Shown: positions 13,267-24,630 of the stretch, in pieces
How positions within the stretch are numbered: position 1 is the first letter of the stretch
How the letters are laid out: every line of letters begins with the position of its first letter
Assembly (NCBI RefSeq): GCF_006345805.1
Contig: NW_021833870.1
Location: forward strand, 1 to 64,000
Length of the DNA stretch: 64,000 nt
Reading direction: 5' to 3'
Origin: Octopus sinensis
Taxonomy: Eukaryota
Program-made: the position numbers and the translations under genes
Notes under the pieces: model-generated
What the model saw: the letters and a program-made list of their open reading frames with translations, nothing else
What the model was told of the DNA's origin: nothing
The model's database searches: none

Positions 13267-13488
13267 ATTGTTAAAGAGGACAACAAACGTTAATGCAAGG
13301 CAAACATCTCAAATCATATACATTATTATTATTGGAAAAAAACAATCAGTCTTACAGCTGTTTCTAGGATATCCCACAGTATGGCATATCCTAGAAACAG
13401 CTGTAAGACTGCATTTTTTCCAATAATAATAATATATATGACTTGAAATGTTTGCCTTGCCTTAACATTTGTTGTCCTCTTTAACAAT
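13267..13488. repeat. ~110-bp-arm palindrome (foldback) containing a hammerhead 3' half
   Basis: ATTGTTAAAGAGGACAACAAA...AGTCTTACAGCTGTTTCTAGGATAT pairs with ATATCCTAGAAACAGCTGTAAGACT...TTTGTTGTCCTCTTTAACAAT. Confidence 0.9.
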
Positions 13489-14213
13489 GATGTATGTTGG
13501 AAAAGTGAACATTTGTGTATATGCCTTGATATTTGCTTCGTACACACAAGAACAGGTTTACTCCGACTGTGTCATGGTTGGCTGGCTACTCTTTAAAGTA
13601 TAATCATCCTCCACAGTTCTGCCCGTGAAGAGAATTTCCTTATAAACATTGTTTAAACCATACTTAACTAACCTTGTCGCTTCCGCTAACTACTAATTTG
13701 TTACTGACTTAACGTTTGCTTCAAAATATACTTCATAGGTGGAAGAGTGAAGATTTCTGTCCGTCAAAGTTAACCAATCACTTATGAAGCATGTCAGGGC
13801 AATCTCCTTATTTTCCTGTTTGGGGAAGACAGTATCAAAATGTATTCACATTTGTTTACTTTCCACGTCTGTGCAAAAATTGTTTTATTAAATATTTAAT
13901 CTCGCCAACAAATAAAGTAATTTCGCCGTTTCCACTAAGTACAAGTTCGTGAATGTTTTAAATATTGTTTGCGAGGATTCATTTCCAAGTAAGAGGGATG
14001 AGTGAAGATATTAACAAGATGAATTCACATTTTTTTACTTTTCACTATCTAGATATCACAAACTGTAGTCCACACACACACACACATGCGCGCGCACACG
14101 AACACATACATATATTTCTTTCTTTATTTTTAATTGTTTCAGTCATTGCACTACGGCCATGCTGGGGCACCATCTCTATATTATGTGTGTATGCATGTAA
14201 GATGTATGATGTG

Positions 14214-14245
<32 letters not shown>

Positions 14246-14446
14246 TGTATGTATGTATTTATGCATGTATGTATGTATGTATGGATAGATGGATGGATGA
14301 TGTATGTATGTATGCATGTATGATGTATGTATGAATGTATGTATGCATGTATGCATGTGTGTATGTATGATGTATGTATGTATGTATGTATATATATATA
14401 TATATATATATATGCGATAGATAGATAGATAGATAGATAGATAGAA

Positions 14447-14478
<32 letters not shown>

Positions 14479-14577
14479 GGACGGATGGACAGACAGACAG
14501 ATAGACAGACAGACGGACAGACAGATAGACAGACAGACGGACAGACATACAGACAGACAGAAGACAGACAGACAGAC

Positions 14578-14658
<81 letters not shown>

Positions 14659-15289
14659 TTTTAATTCATTGACGAGAATCTCGCATGGAACAAACATATC
14701 TTACCCTGTCAGGTTTTCAATACAGCATATGAAATCAGTCGTAGCAAACCAACAGAAAAACTACAGCTAGTACATAATTTATCATGTTTTATTAGTAGAC
14801 GACTAAAGAAGACAGAAAATGGCGGAATAGTACGAAAACAAAGGAGTTGTTCACGATTATCTCTGTATTTAATTTACACAGACTATCATCCAAGGTTGTA
14901 TGAAAGAAAACAGTAATACGGGCACCTGTTGATCACGTTTTTTGTCTTGTTTTATATTGTATCTTTATATCTGCACGTTTAGGCATTGTTTTAAATTGTA
15001 AACATGCATTCACTGTAGGATGTTCAGTTAAGCAACAATTGATTTCACTTGATTGTCGAACTTGTAAGAAGGTAAAAGTATATAATTTCTACAAATAGAT
15101 TCTATTGAAATGTTGTGTAATATTCTCAGCGAAGTGGATGTGACGTCGACACTGACAACAGATCTATACAGCTATGTGGGGTGGGGGGCTTGTTCATCTA
15201 TAAGACACATCAGTCCACAAACACGCAACAACTTACATGCGCACGATTCTACGAACACTCGCACGCGCGCGCGCACACACGTGATGGTC

Positions 15290-15548
15290 GCTCCCGTTGA
15301 AGACAGCCTGCACAGATTTTTATGTTTATAGTGACCAAATGCTTGGGCTATATATACATTAGCTCACTCTCTCTCCATTAAATCGATGAATAGGAGCACG
15401 GTGTACCACGTGTCAGGTGTCGAAGGGATCGCAGAGCAACGCGAAGTTAAGTGTCTTACTCAAGAACATGATGCCCACCGCTGGTCTAGGGATTGAAATC
15501 ACCATCTTACGATCGTGAGTGCAACACCTTAGCGACCAGGCTATGTGT
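15290..15548 (-). mobile_element. tRNA/CORE-type SINE (family C), degenerate
   Basis: Reverse tRNA-like head and GTGTCTTACTCAAGAACA core-like segment similar to 58400-58712. Confidence 0.6.
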
Positions 15549-15584
15549 CCTCTTTACAAACACACACCCATATCTATATATATA

Positions 15585-15694
<110 letters not shown>

Positions 15695-15903
15695 CATACA
15701 TATATATATACACACACACATACATATATATACATATATGTGTGTATACAATTGTTCGTTGTTTCCACCTGCCTTCGTTTTTTGTCTATTTTCATAAAGT
15801 TCCCGTTAATATATACACACACGCACATACATACATAGATATATGTATATCTATCTCTCTTTCTCTCTCTCTCTCTCACTCTCTCTCTCTCTCTCTCTCT
15901 CTC

Positions 15904-15936
<33 letters not shown>

Positions 15937-15990
15937 CTAGCATACTAGCAGAAAACCACCCTTCGGAGTGTGTGTATATGTGTTTGCGTG

Positions 15991-16021
<31 letters not shown>

Positions 16022-16829
16022 TGTGTGTGTGGTGCGTGCGTGCGTGTGTGTGTGCGTGTGTGTATTTATACTGCAAAGTGTGTGTGAGAGAGACAAAGAC
16101 AGAGGGATAGATAGGGGAGAGAGAAGATTGCAAGCAATGAATGAAATAAACATGAAATGAAAAAAAATCGTATAAATAAAAGTTCGTTAAAAACTATCTT
16201 GTACCGAAAATTTAAATTTGTGGACTTGAAATATTCAATAATAAAAGGAAGATCAGAAAGTAAATTTTCCTGGAAACTTTAAGTTATAAAAAATCTCACT
16301 TGCTTAGTAAATATTTCTCTCAGTAATTTATCGTTAGTAAATATTTCTTTCAGTACTATATACGTTTAGAGTGCTAGAAATAGCAGCGATCACATAGTTA
16401 TTATTGTAATGCGTATAGCGCTCCAAACAGCCATACCAACAAAATCACTTCTTAATTTTTATAAACAAATTATACCGGTATATTAAAAAAAAATTTTTTC
16501 ATCAAAACTAAGCCGCAAAGTTATGGAGCTATCTTGTCTTACAGCATTCTTTCATTCAATTAATAATTTTTTTTTTTTACATTACGTATAGAATAAACTG
16601 TGAGTTTTGCAAATAGCAAATTAAAGCTTGAAATAATGACGGTATACTAAGTATATCAGTCCCCCATTTGCTTTAGTAACTTCTTCGTTTTCATGTGTAT
16701 CTTTGACCAATAACATTTGACCAATATATATGTATATATATATATAATATATATATATATACTAATATATATATATATATATATATACATACATGTATAT
16801 ATATGTTTGTGTGTGTGGATACGTATTAG

Positions 16830-17030
16830 TTGATTCAGTCATGTGATTGCGGTTATACTGGAGCATCACATTTTAGTCGAACAAATGGATCCTAGAACTT
16901 ATTGATTTCATAGCCTGGTACTTATTCTAATCGGTTGTTTAACCGAACCGCTAGTTTATGGAGACATAAACACCCCATTACCGGTTGTAAAAGCAGTGAT
17001 GAGGGGCAAACACAAGACACACACATACAT
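16830..17030 (-). mobile_element. SINE family A 3' half
   Basis: TTCAGTCAT...GGAGCA...TTTAGTCGA...CCGAACCGCTA homologous to the family A tail. Confidence 0.7.
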
Positions 17031-17086
17031 ATATATACAAATATATATTATATATATATATACATATATATATATATAATATATAT

Positions 17087-17119
<33 letters not shown>

Positions 17120-17329
17120 GGAAACAAAAGGGTTTATAGTGCTGCAAAAAAAGTGCTCAAATATAATTGAGAGAGAGATGCACTTTAACTGTTATCGAAC
17201 AACGGCAATGAACTCCCGAAATGGCCATGAGTAATGTTTTTATTCCAGGTTCACAAACAAAACTGTCCCACGAACGGGGACGTGAAATTCTGAGTGATAA
17301 TTTTTGTGATATTTTGCGTTTTTTTAGTA

Positions 17330-17376
<47 letters not shown>

Positions 17377-17798
17377 TGCAAATATGTACGAAATACGAAA
17401 ACATGGAATACGAAATTTTGCGAACAACAAAAGAAACTCAAGATAGGAAAAGAAAGATGGCCGATGGTCTAGTCCGAGCAACGAAAGAGCAAAGGAGGAA
17501 GAGTGAGGGAGAGAGAGGGACAGACAGAGATCCGGGAAGGGAAGAGGAAAAGAATTACAGAAAGGATGAGAGAGAAAAACGAAAGGGGGAGAGGAGATAA
17601 AAAGAACTAGAGAAAGGAAGAGAGAGGAAACGAAAGGGGAGAGGGAAGGAGAAATAGAAATAAAAATAGAGATAGTAATTGAACAATAAGAGTCGCATCG
17701 AAATTACTAACATAAAACTTACTTGGAAATGAATGCGTGGCGTTCATCATATAATAATATAAATAATATAATAAATATAATATAATATTATATAGTAT

Positions 17799-17885
<87 letters not shown>

Positions 17886-17916
17886 CATATATATATAATG
17901 CATATACACATATATA

Positions 17917-18467
17917 TTGGATTGTCCGCAAAGTTCGTGCGGACAAATATCAATAAATACTTGCCATTACATTTTTAATCAACCAAATATGAACCTTTTT
18001 GTCGCACAATGCGCCTCCATCTTTCCTTTAACCTGAAAATACCCTCTTCCCAGAACTGAGGTGGTTTCATGGCAACTAAGTCATAAAGGTATCTTCTTAC
18101 TTAATCCAATGAAGTGAAATTTTCACCACTAAGACTATTCTGCAGAGACCTGAATAGGTGGAAATCCGAAGGAGCAATATCTGGTGAATATGTAAGGGGG
18201 TGTAATACATCCCAGCCGATCTGCGGCAATTTTTGTCTGGTTCCCAAAGCACCAAGTGCCGAAAATGAACTTTCTCATCTTCCATTTTACAGGGTTACAG
18301 AATTAACACAGGTTATAGGAACACAAACCTTCTTCCACGAAAAGATAGCTTAAACAGTGCTCTAAATGGAGGTGTAGTCAAATCGTATTTTATGGACTCA
18401 ACCATGTTCTAAAATAAGTCGAAAATTAAGCTACTATAAATCGGCACGAACTTTCCGGACTACCCAA
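17917..18467 (-). mobile_element. Internally deleted mariner element with TIRs and transposase remnant
   Basis: TIRs TTGGATTGTCCGCAAAGTTCGTGC / GCACGAACTTTCCGGACTACCCAA with TA flanks; minus strand reads WDVLHPLTYSPDIAPSDFHLFRSLQN (mariner YSPDLAPSD motif). Confidence 0.9.
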
Positions 18468-18714
18468 TATATACATACACTAGTACGTACATACATACAT
18501 ACATACATACATACTACATTATATATATATATATATATTATATATATATATATATATATAATATATATATATATGTATGTATATGTATATACATACAAAC
18601 ATTCCTACATAAATACGTACTTCGAATGACCCGTCCTTGTTTGCTTTGTATCGTCTATCTGGATGTTTTTTGTCCTTTTTTGTATCACCTGCGTTCTTGT
18701 CTTGTCCCATTTTG

Positions 18715-18759
<45 letters not shown>

Positions 18760-18763
<4 letters not shown>

Positions 18764-19170
18764 AAAGTAAAAAGTGAAAAAACTACAGAAGGCTTGTTTT
18801 AAAAGGTTAAAAAAAATATATATTTGAGTCAATATGTCTGAAGAATGTTATCAATTTTTTTCTTACAATGACATAGTTTTAAGCGATTATCTCCCTTACA
18901 CCGGAAGAAATCACTTATTACCTCCCCTTATTTAAAACTCTTCTCAACATAAACATAACGACGTAAGACATTTGAAAAGCTGAACGCGAAACCGGTCATT
19001 TCTTCTAAACTATGTCATTGTAAGAAAAAAATTGATAACATTCTTCAGACATATTGACTCAAATATATATATTTTTTAACCTTTTAAAACAGGCCTTCTG
19101 TAGTTTTTTCACTTTTTACTATTTCTATATATATTCAACCACGTGCTTTCACAAACCACTTTCTCATCTC
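18760..19170 (+). mobile_element. Short Penelope insertion: pseudo-LTR plus inverted arm, same family as 23538-25681
   Basis: 18880-19170 matches the 3' UTR of the 23809 ORF element; 18760-18879 is an inverted copy of its distal part. Confidence 0.9.
18965..19004 (+). ncRNA. Minimal hammerhead ribozyme with U3-A8 core variant
   Basis: AAGACAT-TTGAAAA-GC(TGAAC)GC-GAAA-CCGG-TC-ATTTCTT. Confidence 0.7.
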
Positions 19171-19174
19171 TCTC

Positions 19175-19235
<61 letters not shown>

Positions 19236-19279
19236 ATTATATGTATTATGTATACATACAAACATACATAAATACGTAC

Positions 19280-19338
<59 letters not shown>

Positions 19339-19340
<2 letters not shown>

Positions 19341-19760
19341 AATACAAAATGGGACAAGAACGCAGGTGCTACAAAACGGACAAATAACATCCAGATAGAC
19401 GATACAAAGAAAACAAGGACGGGTCATTCGAAGCCCTCTATCCTCAGTCAAGCACCAGATTATCCTTGCATTAGATTCCTTGGAAGAAACAACGAATGTA
19501 TACAAAAACAAGGACAGAAAATACAATAACATATACAATATACAATAATAATAGGACATAACAACGGGTGTCTTTCGACTAAGAACGAATAGAATTAAGC
19601 TGGCGCGTGTGGAAATGAAGCCTTACGGCAGAGATACACAGATTTCACAAACACAGGGAAGAATATCGATGTTGCACGGACAACGGTCAGATCAAGAAAG
19701 AAAGAGAAGGCTTGGCCGATCGGTCACGTGGGAAGAGAAGAGAGAGAAGTAGAAGCAGAG
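19339..19760. mobile_element. Unclassified dispersed repeat in a (TA)n tract, with inverted partial copies at 18618-18720 and 19833-19958
   Basis: ACATCCAGATAGACGATACAAAGAAAACAAGGACGGGTCATTCGAAG recurs as reverse complement in the neighbouring segments. Confidence 0.6.
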
Positions 19761-19955
19761 GAACATATATATATATATAAGAGATCAAAGTGTACGTACG
19801 CCGCTATATTTTAATATATAAAAAATACACAAATGGTGGGTCATTCGGAGTTTTCCGTCCTTGTTTTCTTTGTATCGTCTGTCTGGATGTGTTGTAGTCC
19901 CTTTTTGTATCACCTAACTGTCTGGATGTTTTGCGATCTCGTCCCATTTGTGTAT

Positions 19956-20034
<79 letters not shown>

Positions 20035-20178
20035 ATAATAAGATATGAATTAGAGGTGCTGAAACCTCTAAGGGATAGATGTATCCAGAGGCACTCCTGG
20101 TGATTACCTCAGTATGTATGGTCCTTGTTATAAGGTATACGGCAGCAGGTAATTTAAAAGGTAAACCGTAGTTTAATG

Positions 20179-20376
20179 TATATAAAGACGATAAGAAAAT
20201 GGAGAAATAAATAACAATGAAAAGTGGATCTTAAGTATTATAAAGCCATTATTTTATTAATCAAGTAAGATAGGAGTATGATACTCCCATCTTAATTAAT
20301 TAAATAATGGCTTTATAGCACCAAAATCTACTTCTCATTGTGATTTATTTCTCCATTTCTTGATCGTCTATATATA
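20179..20376. repeat. ~100-bp-arm imperfect palindrome centred at 20280
   Basis: GGAGTAT-G-ATACTCC centre; arms pair out to TATATAAAGACGAT / ATCGTCTATATATA. Confidence 0.9.
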
Positions 20377-20385
20377 ATAATAATA

Positions 20386-20433
<48 letters not shown>

Positions 20434-20434
<1 letters not shown>

Positions 20435-22915
20435 TCCTGTTTATTATGTTCTAGTGAATTTAAAGAAATAAAGTTTAATAATCATAATAAATTAGCTAAT
20501 TCATTAGACGACCGTAAAATTAAATGTAGACACAAATTACATAACTTATGTAATAAATTTTTAGATAAATAGTGAGTATATTTAAACCCTATTTTTGTTT
20601 CTAATTTGTAGTTATAATTTGTACTAGTATTAAATCTATAATTTAGCATGTGATTATATATTTTATATTACATAATTAAATAAATTTAAATTAATTATTT
20701 ATTATTAAATAGATAAATAAATTAATTAATTAATTAAGAGTTGTAGTTGTAGGTTTGTAGGATGTTTTGAATATAAGTTAATAAGAGTTAGTAAAGGTTT
20801 TTTACATACTTAGAGTTAGATTATATCTTGATGTTTATTTAATTACTAAATATATAATTTATTTAATGAATATAGATTAAAAGATAGTTATTTCATTATT
20901 TTGTTGTTATTGTTGTTGTTATTATTATTATACTTATTATATGTGTGCTAAAATTAATAGTATTAAGTATTTTGTTGGGGAAATAGTTTTTGCAACGTTA
21001 AATAATTTTGAATATGTAGTAAAAGTTCTATCTTTATGTACTATTTATTTATAATAATAATATGTACTTTATTTATTTAATTAAGGAGCGAAGTATTTGA
21101 TCTAAATATAAATTAATTTATTTATATAATAAGTTTAATTTATTACTTAGGATTTGTTTTGAATATTAATTTGATATATAATATACATTTGTTGTAAACG
21201 ACAGTCTAGTTTATGCTTTGTAATAATTTTTTTATATATATTAGTAAACATGACTTTGTATTATATATTTCGAATTAGATTTATTTAGATGTTTATTTAA
21301 TTCATTAATATAATTAATTAATGAATATTAATTCCATTATAGTTTTTAAATTAACTTAAGTTTATTAAATTAGTGGCTATAATATTGATACTGATAGAAT
21401 TAGTACTGAGTTTATATAGAATGGGTCTAAAAGTTGTTTTGTTCGAATAAAAGTTGGGCTCCAGCGTAACCATATTTATATATATGAAACAAATAAATTT
21501 GTATAAGAGTATTAGAGAATATACAGTAAATTGTAGTAATATAAATTAATTTTACTATATGGTGATTTGAGTATATTTTATCGTAGTTAATTCTAAATTT
21601 TAGTTTTCTCGTGAATGATATTCTAGTGTATAGTGATTTTATACTCTCTTAGAGATTTTATTCTCTTTTTCTGTTAAAGCTAAAATATATTTTTTACTTT
21701 TCATTGATAAAATGTATATTTCCATCTGTTTTCTCTATTTCTTTAAGCAACGTAATTCACGAGTAATTTATAAACGCTAAATAAGACGTTTTTCGTTTTG
21801 AAAATTTTTTAGTTAATAACACACCTTCTGGAGAGATAAGTAGACTTTTTTTATTTAAGAAATATTATTGTACTCTATATAAGTATTGATTGTTAAATAT
21901 GAATTTGTAATTTTTTACTTGTTAATGATAATTTAGATATGTACTTTTATTTAATTATTATTTTTTATAATTATTATATCTGAACCTATATTTTAGAATT
22001 AGTTAGTCACTTTGGGATCTAGATCGTAAAAACGTTTTAATTTAGCTAAAAGTTTCTTATATTTCTGGTATTATAACATTTAATAATAATAGTAATAATA
22101 AGTATTTTATAAAGATACGTTATACGTTTTTACTTTGGAATTTTTCAATTCTTATTTTTTATTTCACAAATATTTTCGAAAGATATCTATAATATTTATG
22201 TACGTAATAATGGACTAATTTATTTATTGTTTATATGTTTATTGATAGAAAAAATGTAGATATAATTACTATATTTATTGACTATAATTTAGATACTTAT
22301 TTTTATATATTTATTATTTTATAATTATTATATGCGAACTAAAATCTAAAAGTATTAAGAGTGATTGTTTTGTAAAATAGATTGGTAATTAAATATTAGA
22401 GTATAACTAGGTTAAAGATATTCTATAGTTTATTAATGTTTTTTATTAAGATAAATTATATCTTCACAGATAAATACATTTTTCTATCTATCTACTCTAT
22501 TTTTTTAACTTAAATATTTAACATAAATAAATGTATTGTAGGAAATTGGTCCTAATGTTTTAAGTTTCAAATTTAGTTAATGGAGTTTCTTCTATAAGAA
22601 GAATCATTATTTTGTTTTTTTAATAAATATTGTTTAATTCTATTTGCATATTTATTTAACTATTATTGTTAACCTGAAGAGTAACTATAATTGTAAATTG
22701 AATTGATTTCGATTAAATATAAATTTAATTGTAATTCGAATTTAATTATAGCCATGAAACGTAGATAGTCTTTTTTACTTATTATATATTGATTATACAT
22801 TTTTATAGTTTTTGTGATATAGTTATATATTTTATAAAAATATTTAAAAATTTTTATTTAGGATTTGATTATGTCTATCATTGTTGAATTGCATGATAGT
22901 GGTTTTTTTTCTCTA
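20434..22915 (-). pseudogene. Extremely AT-rich relic of a Penelope-type reverse transcriptase
   Basis: Minus-strand FRPIL (21417-21431) and MFTNI (21237-21251) are in the same frame exactly 60 codons apart; downstream HPTNLQL (~20741-20765) and TKIG; many TAA stops. Confidence 0.55.
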
Positions 22916-22949
<34 letters not shown>

Positions 22950-23050
22950 ATATATTATATACTATATACATGTGCATATATACATATATATGTATATATA
23001 TATATAGATATAGATATACATAGATACCCCACCACCACACACATATATAT

Positions 23051-23082
<32 letters not shown>

Positions 23083-23183
23083 ATATATAGAGAGAGATGA
23101 GAGAGAGAGAGAGATAGATATATATATATATATATAGATATAGATATCTAAATACATAGATACACACAAACATATACATACAT

Positions 23184-23226
<43 letters not shown>

Positions 23227-23237
23227 ATATATATATA

Positions 23238-23421
23238 CGGAGATTTCACCCAAAAATCAAAAGACGAAGACAGATGGTGTAGAAACCAAATAGATGTATT
23301 AGTATAACGTTCGGGAAGTGAAAAAGCCTTTAACGTTTCGAGCCTACGCTCTTCCACAGAAAGGAACACAGAAAGAAACAAGGAGAGAAAATAAAGAATG
23401 TGTAGTGGCTAGCGATCTATC

Positions 23422-23423
<2 letters not shown>
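23238..23423 (-). mobile_element. PLE terminal (pLTR) fragment with hammerhead-like motif
   Basis: Matches the 3' end of the 36195-37095 PLE; minus strand CCTTT-CTGTGGA-A-GAGC(GTAG)GCTC-GAAA-CGTT-AAAGG. Confidence 0.7.
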
Positions 23424-23497
<74 letters not shown>

Positions 23498-23659
23498 ATA
23501 TATATATATATATATATATAATCCATATATATATATAAAGAAAATAGTAAAAAGTGAAAAAATTACAGAAGGCTTTTTTAAAAGGTTAAAAATATATATA
23601 TTTGAGTCAATATGTCTGAAGAATATTATAAATTTTTTTCTTACAATGACATAGTTTAG

Positions 23660-23699
23660 AAGAAATGACCGGTTTCGCGTTTAGCTTTTCAAATTTCTT
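23660..23699 (-). ncRNA. Minimal hammerhead ribozyme in the Penelope pLTR (U3-A8 variant)
   Basis: Perfect 7-bp stem I AAGAAAT/ATTTCTT, core TTGAAAA, 2-bp stem II, GAAA, palindromic ACCGGT, GUC cleavage site. Confidence 0.75.
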
Positions 23700-23808
23700 A
23701 CAACGTTATGTTTATGTTGAGAAGAGTTATCGTTATGTTTATGTTGAGAAGAGTTCTAAATAAGGGGAGGTAATAAGTGATTTATTCCGGTGTAAGGGAG
23801 ATAATCGC

Positions 23809-24630
23809 TTAAATTTTTTTGCCTTTCCTTTGGGGTGAATTTCTCTGTATAGGTATGTTGGAATGGTTAAGTCTGGGCTTGTACTTTTCAATGAAGAATG
23901 TTTCCTTGTTTAGTCTAATTTGTGTTGGTGTTCCTATAGCACATTGGTAAAATGGAAAGATTAAAAATTGTGGTAGTACTTTCTTTGCGCATTTCTCAAT
24001 GTGCTCACTAAAAGGTAGCATTCTGTATTCTGGGAATGCAATCTGTTGTCGATGCAGTGTGCATCTACGTCTGAGTGATAGTCCCGTGGATCCCACGTAG
24101 TCTTGGTGGCAGCCCGAGCATTTTATGACATAAATTATGTTTTCAGAGGCACAACTAAAATTAGATTTGATCTTGAATTTCTGTCCCTCTTTGAAGAGGA
24201 ATTCTGATCCTTCTAGCAGGTTTGGACATGTTGCACAGTTCGGTCTACCACATTTTTTTACTTTTGCATCCGTAATTTCAGAAAATAATTTTGCCTTTGT
24301 GAGAATCTTTTTAAGCGATATAGGTTGTTTGTAGCTTTTAATGATTTGGTGTATGTTTAGAATTTCCTTTAATTTGGGGTCCTTATGAAGTATTGGTAAA
24401 TTCTGGGTGATGATGGTGAAGGCTTCTTTGTTTCTGGGGTTGTATGTGGATATGTAAGGTAGTATTTTCGGGGAAGGTGTGTTGTTGTGTTGAACTTTTC
24501 TTAAAGTTTCTATGTTGATTTCTGTTGCACGTCTGATCCCATCCTCTATGAGTTGAGCTGGGTAATGTCTGTTAATTAGGGTGTTTTTGAGTTCTTGCAG
24601 TCTAAAGTTCCTGGTATTTTGTTCTGACAC
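23809..24630 (-). CDS. Open C-terminal 273 aa of the Penelope polyprotein (RT thumb, linker, GIY-YIG endonuclease)
   Basis: Uninterrupted ORF with LPYISTYNP, CxxxxCxxC and IYVIKC...YVG motifs; upstream RT is frameshifted, so not a standalone gene. Confidence 0.85.
   Translation of the reverse strand: MSEQNTRNFRLQELKNTLINRHYPAQLIEDGIRRATEINIETLRKVQHNNTPSPKILPYISTYNPRNKEAFTIITQNLPILHKDPKLKEILNIHQIIKSYKQPISLKKILTKAKLFSEITDAKVKKCGRPNCATCPNLLEGSEFLFKEGQKFKIKSNFSCASENIIYVIKCSGCHQDYVGSTGLSLRRRCTLHRQQIAFPEYRMLPFSEHIEKCAKKVLPQFLIFPFYQCAIGTPTQIRLNKETFFIEKYKPRLNHSNIPIQRNSPQRKGKKI

Noticed and set aside
20434-22915. Mitochondrial insertion (NUMT)
   Set aside because: No recognisable mitochondrial protein, rRNA or tRNA motifs; RT-like motifs fit better, though a BLAST search is needed to exclude it.
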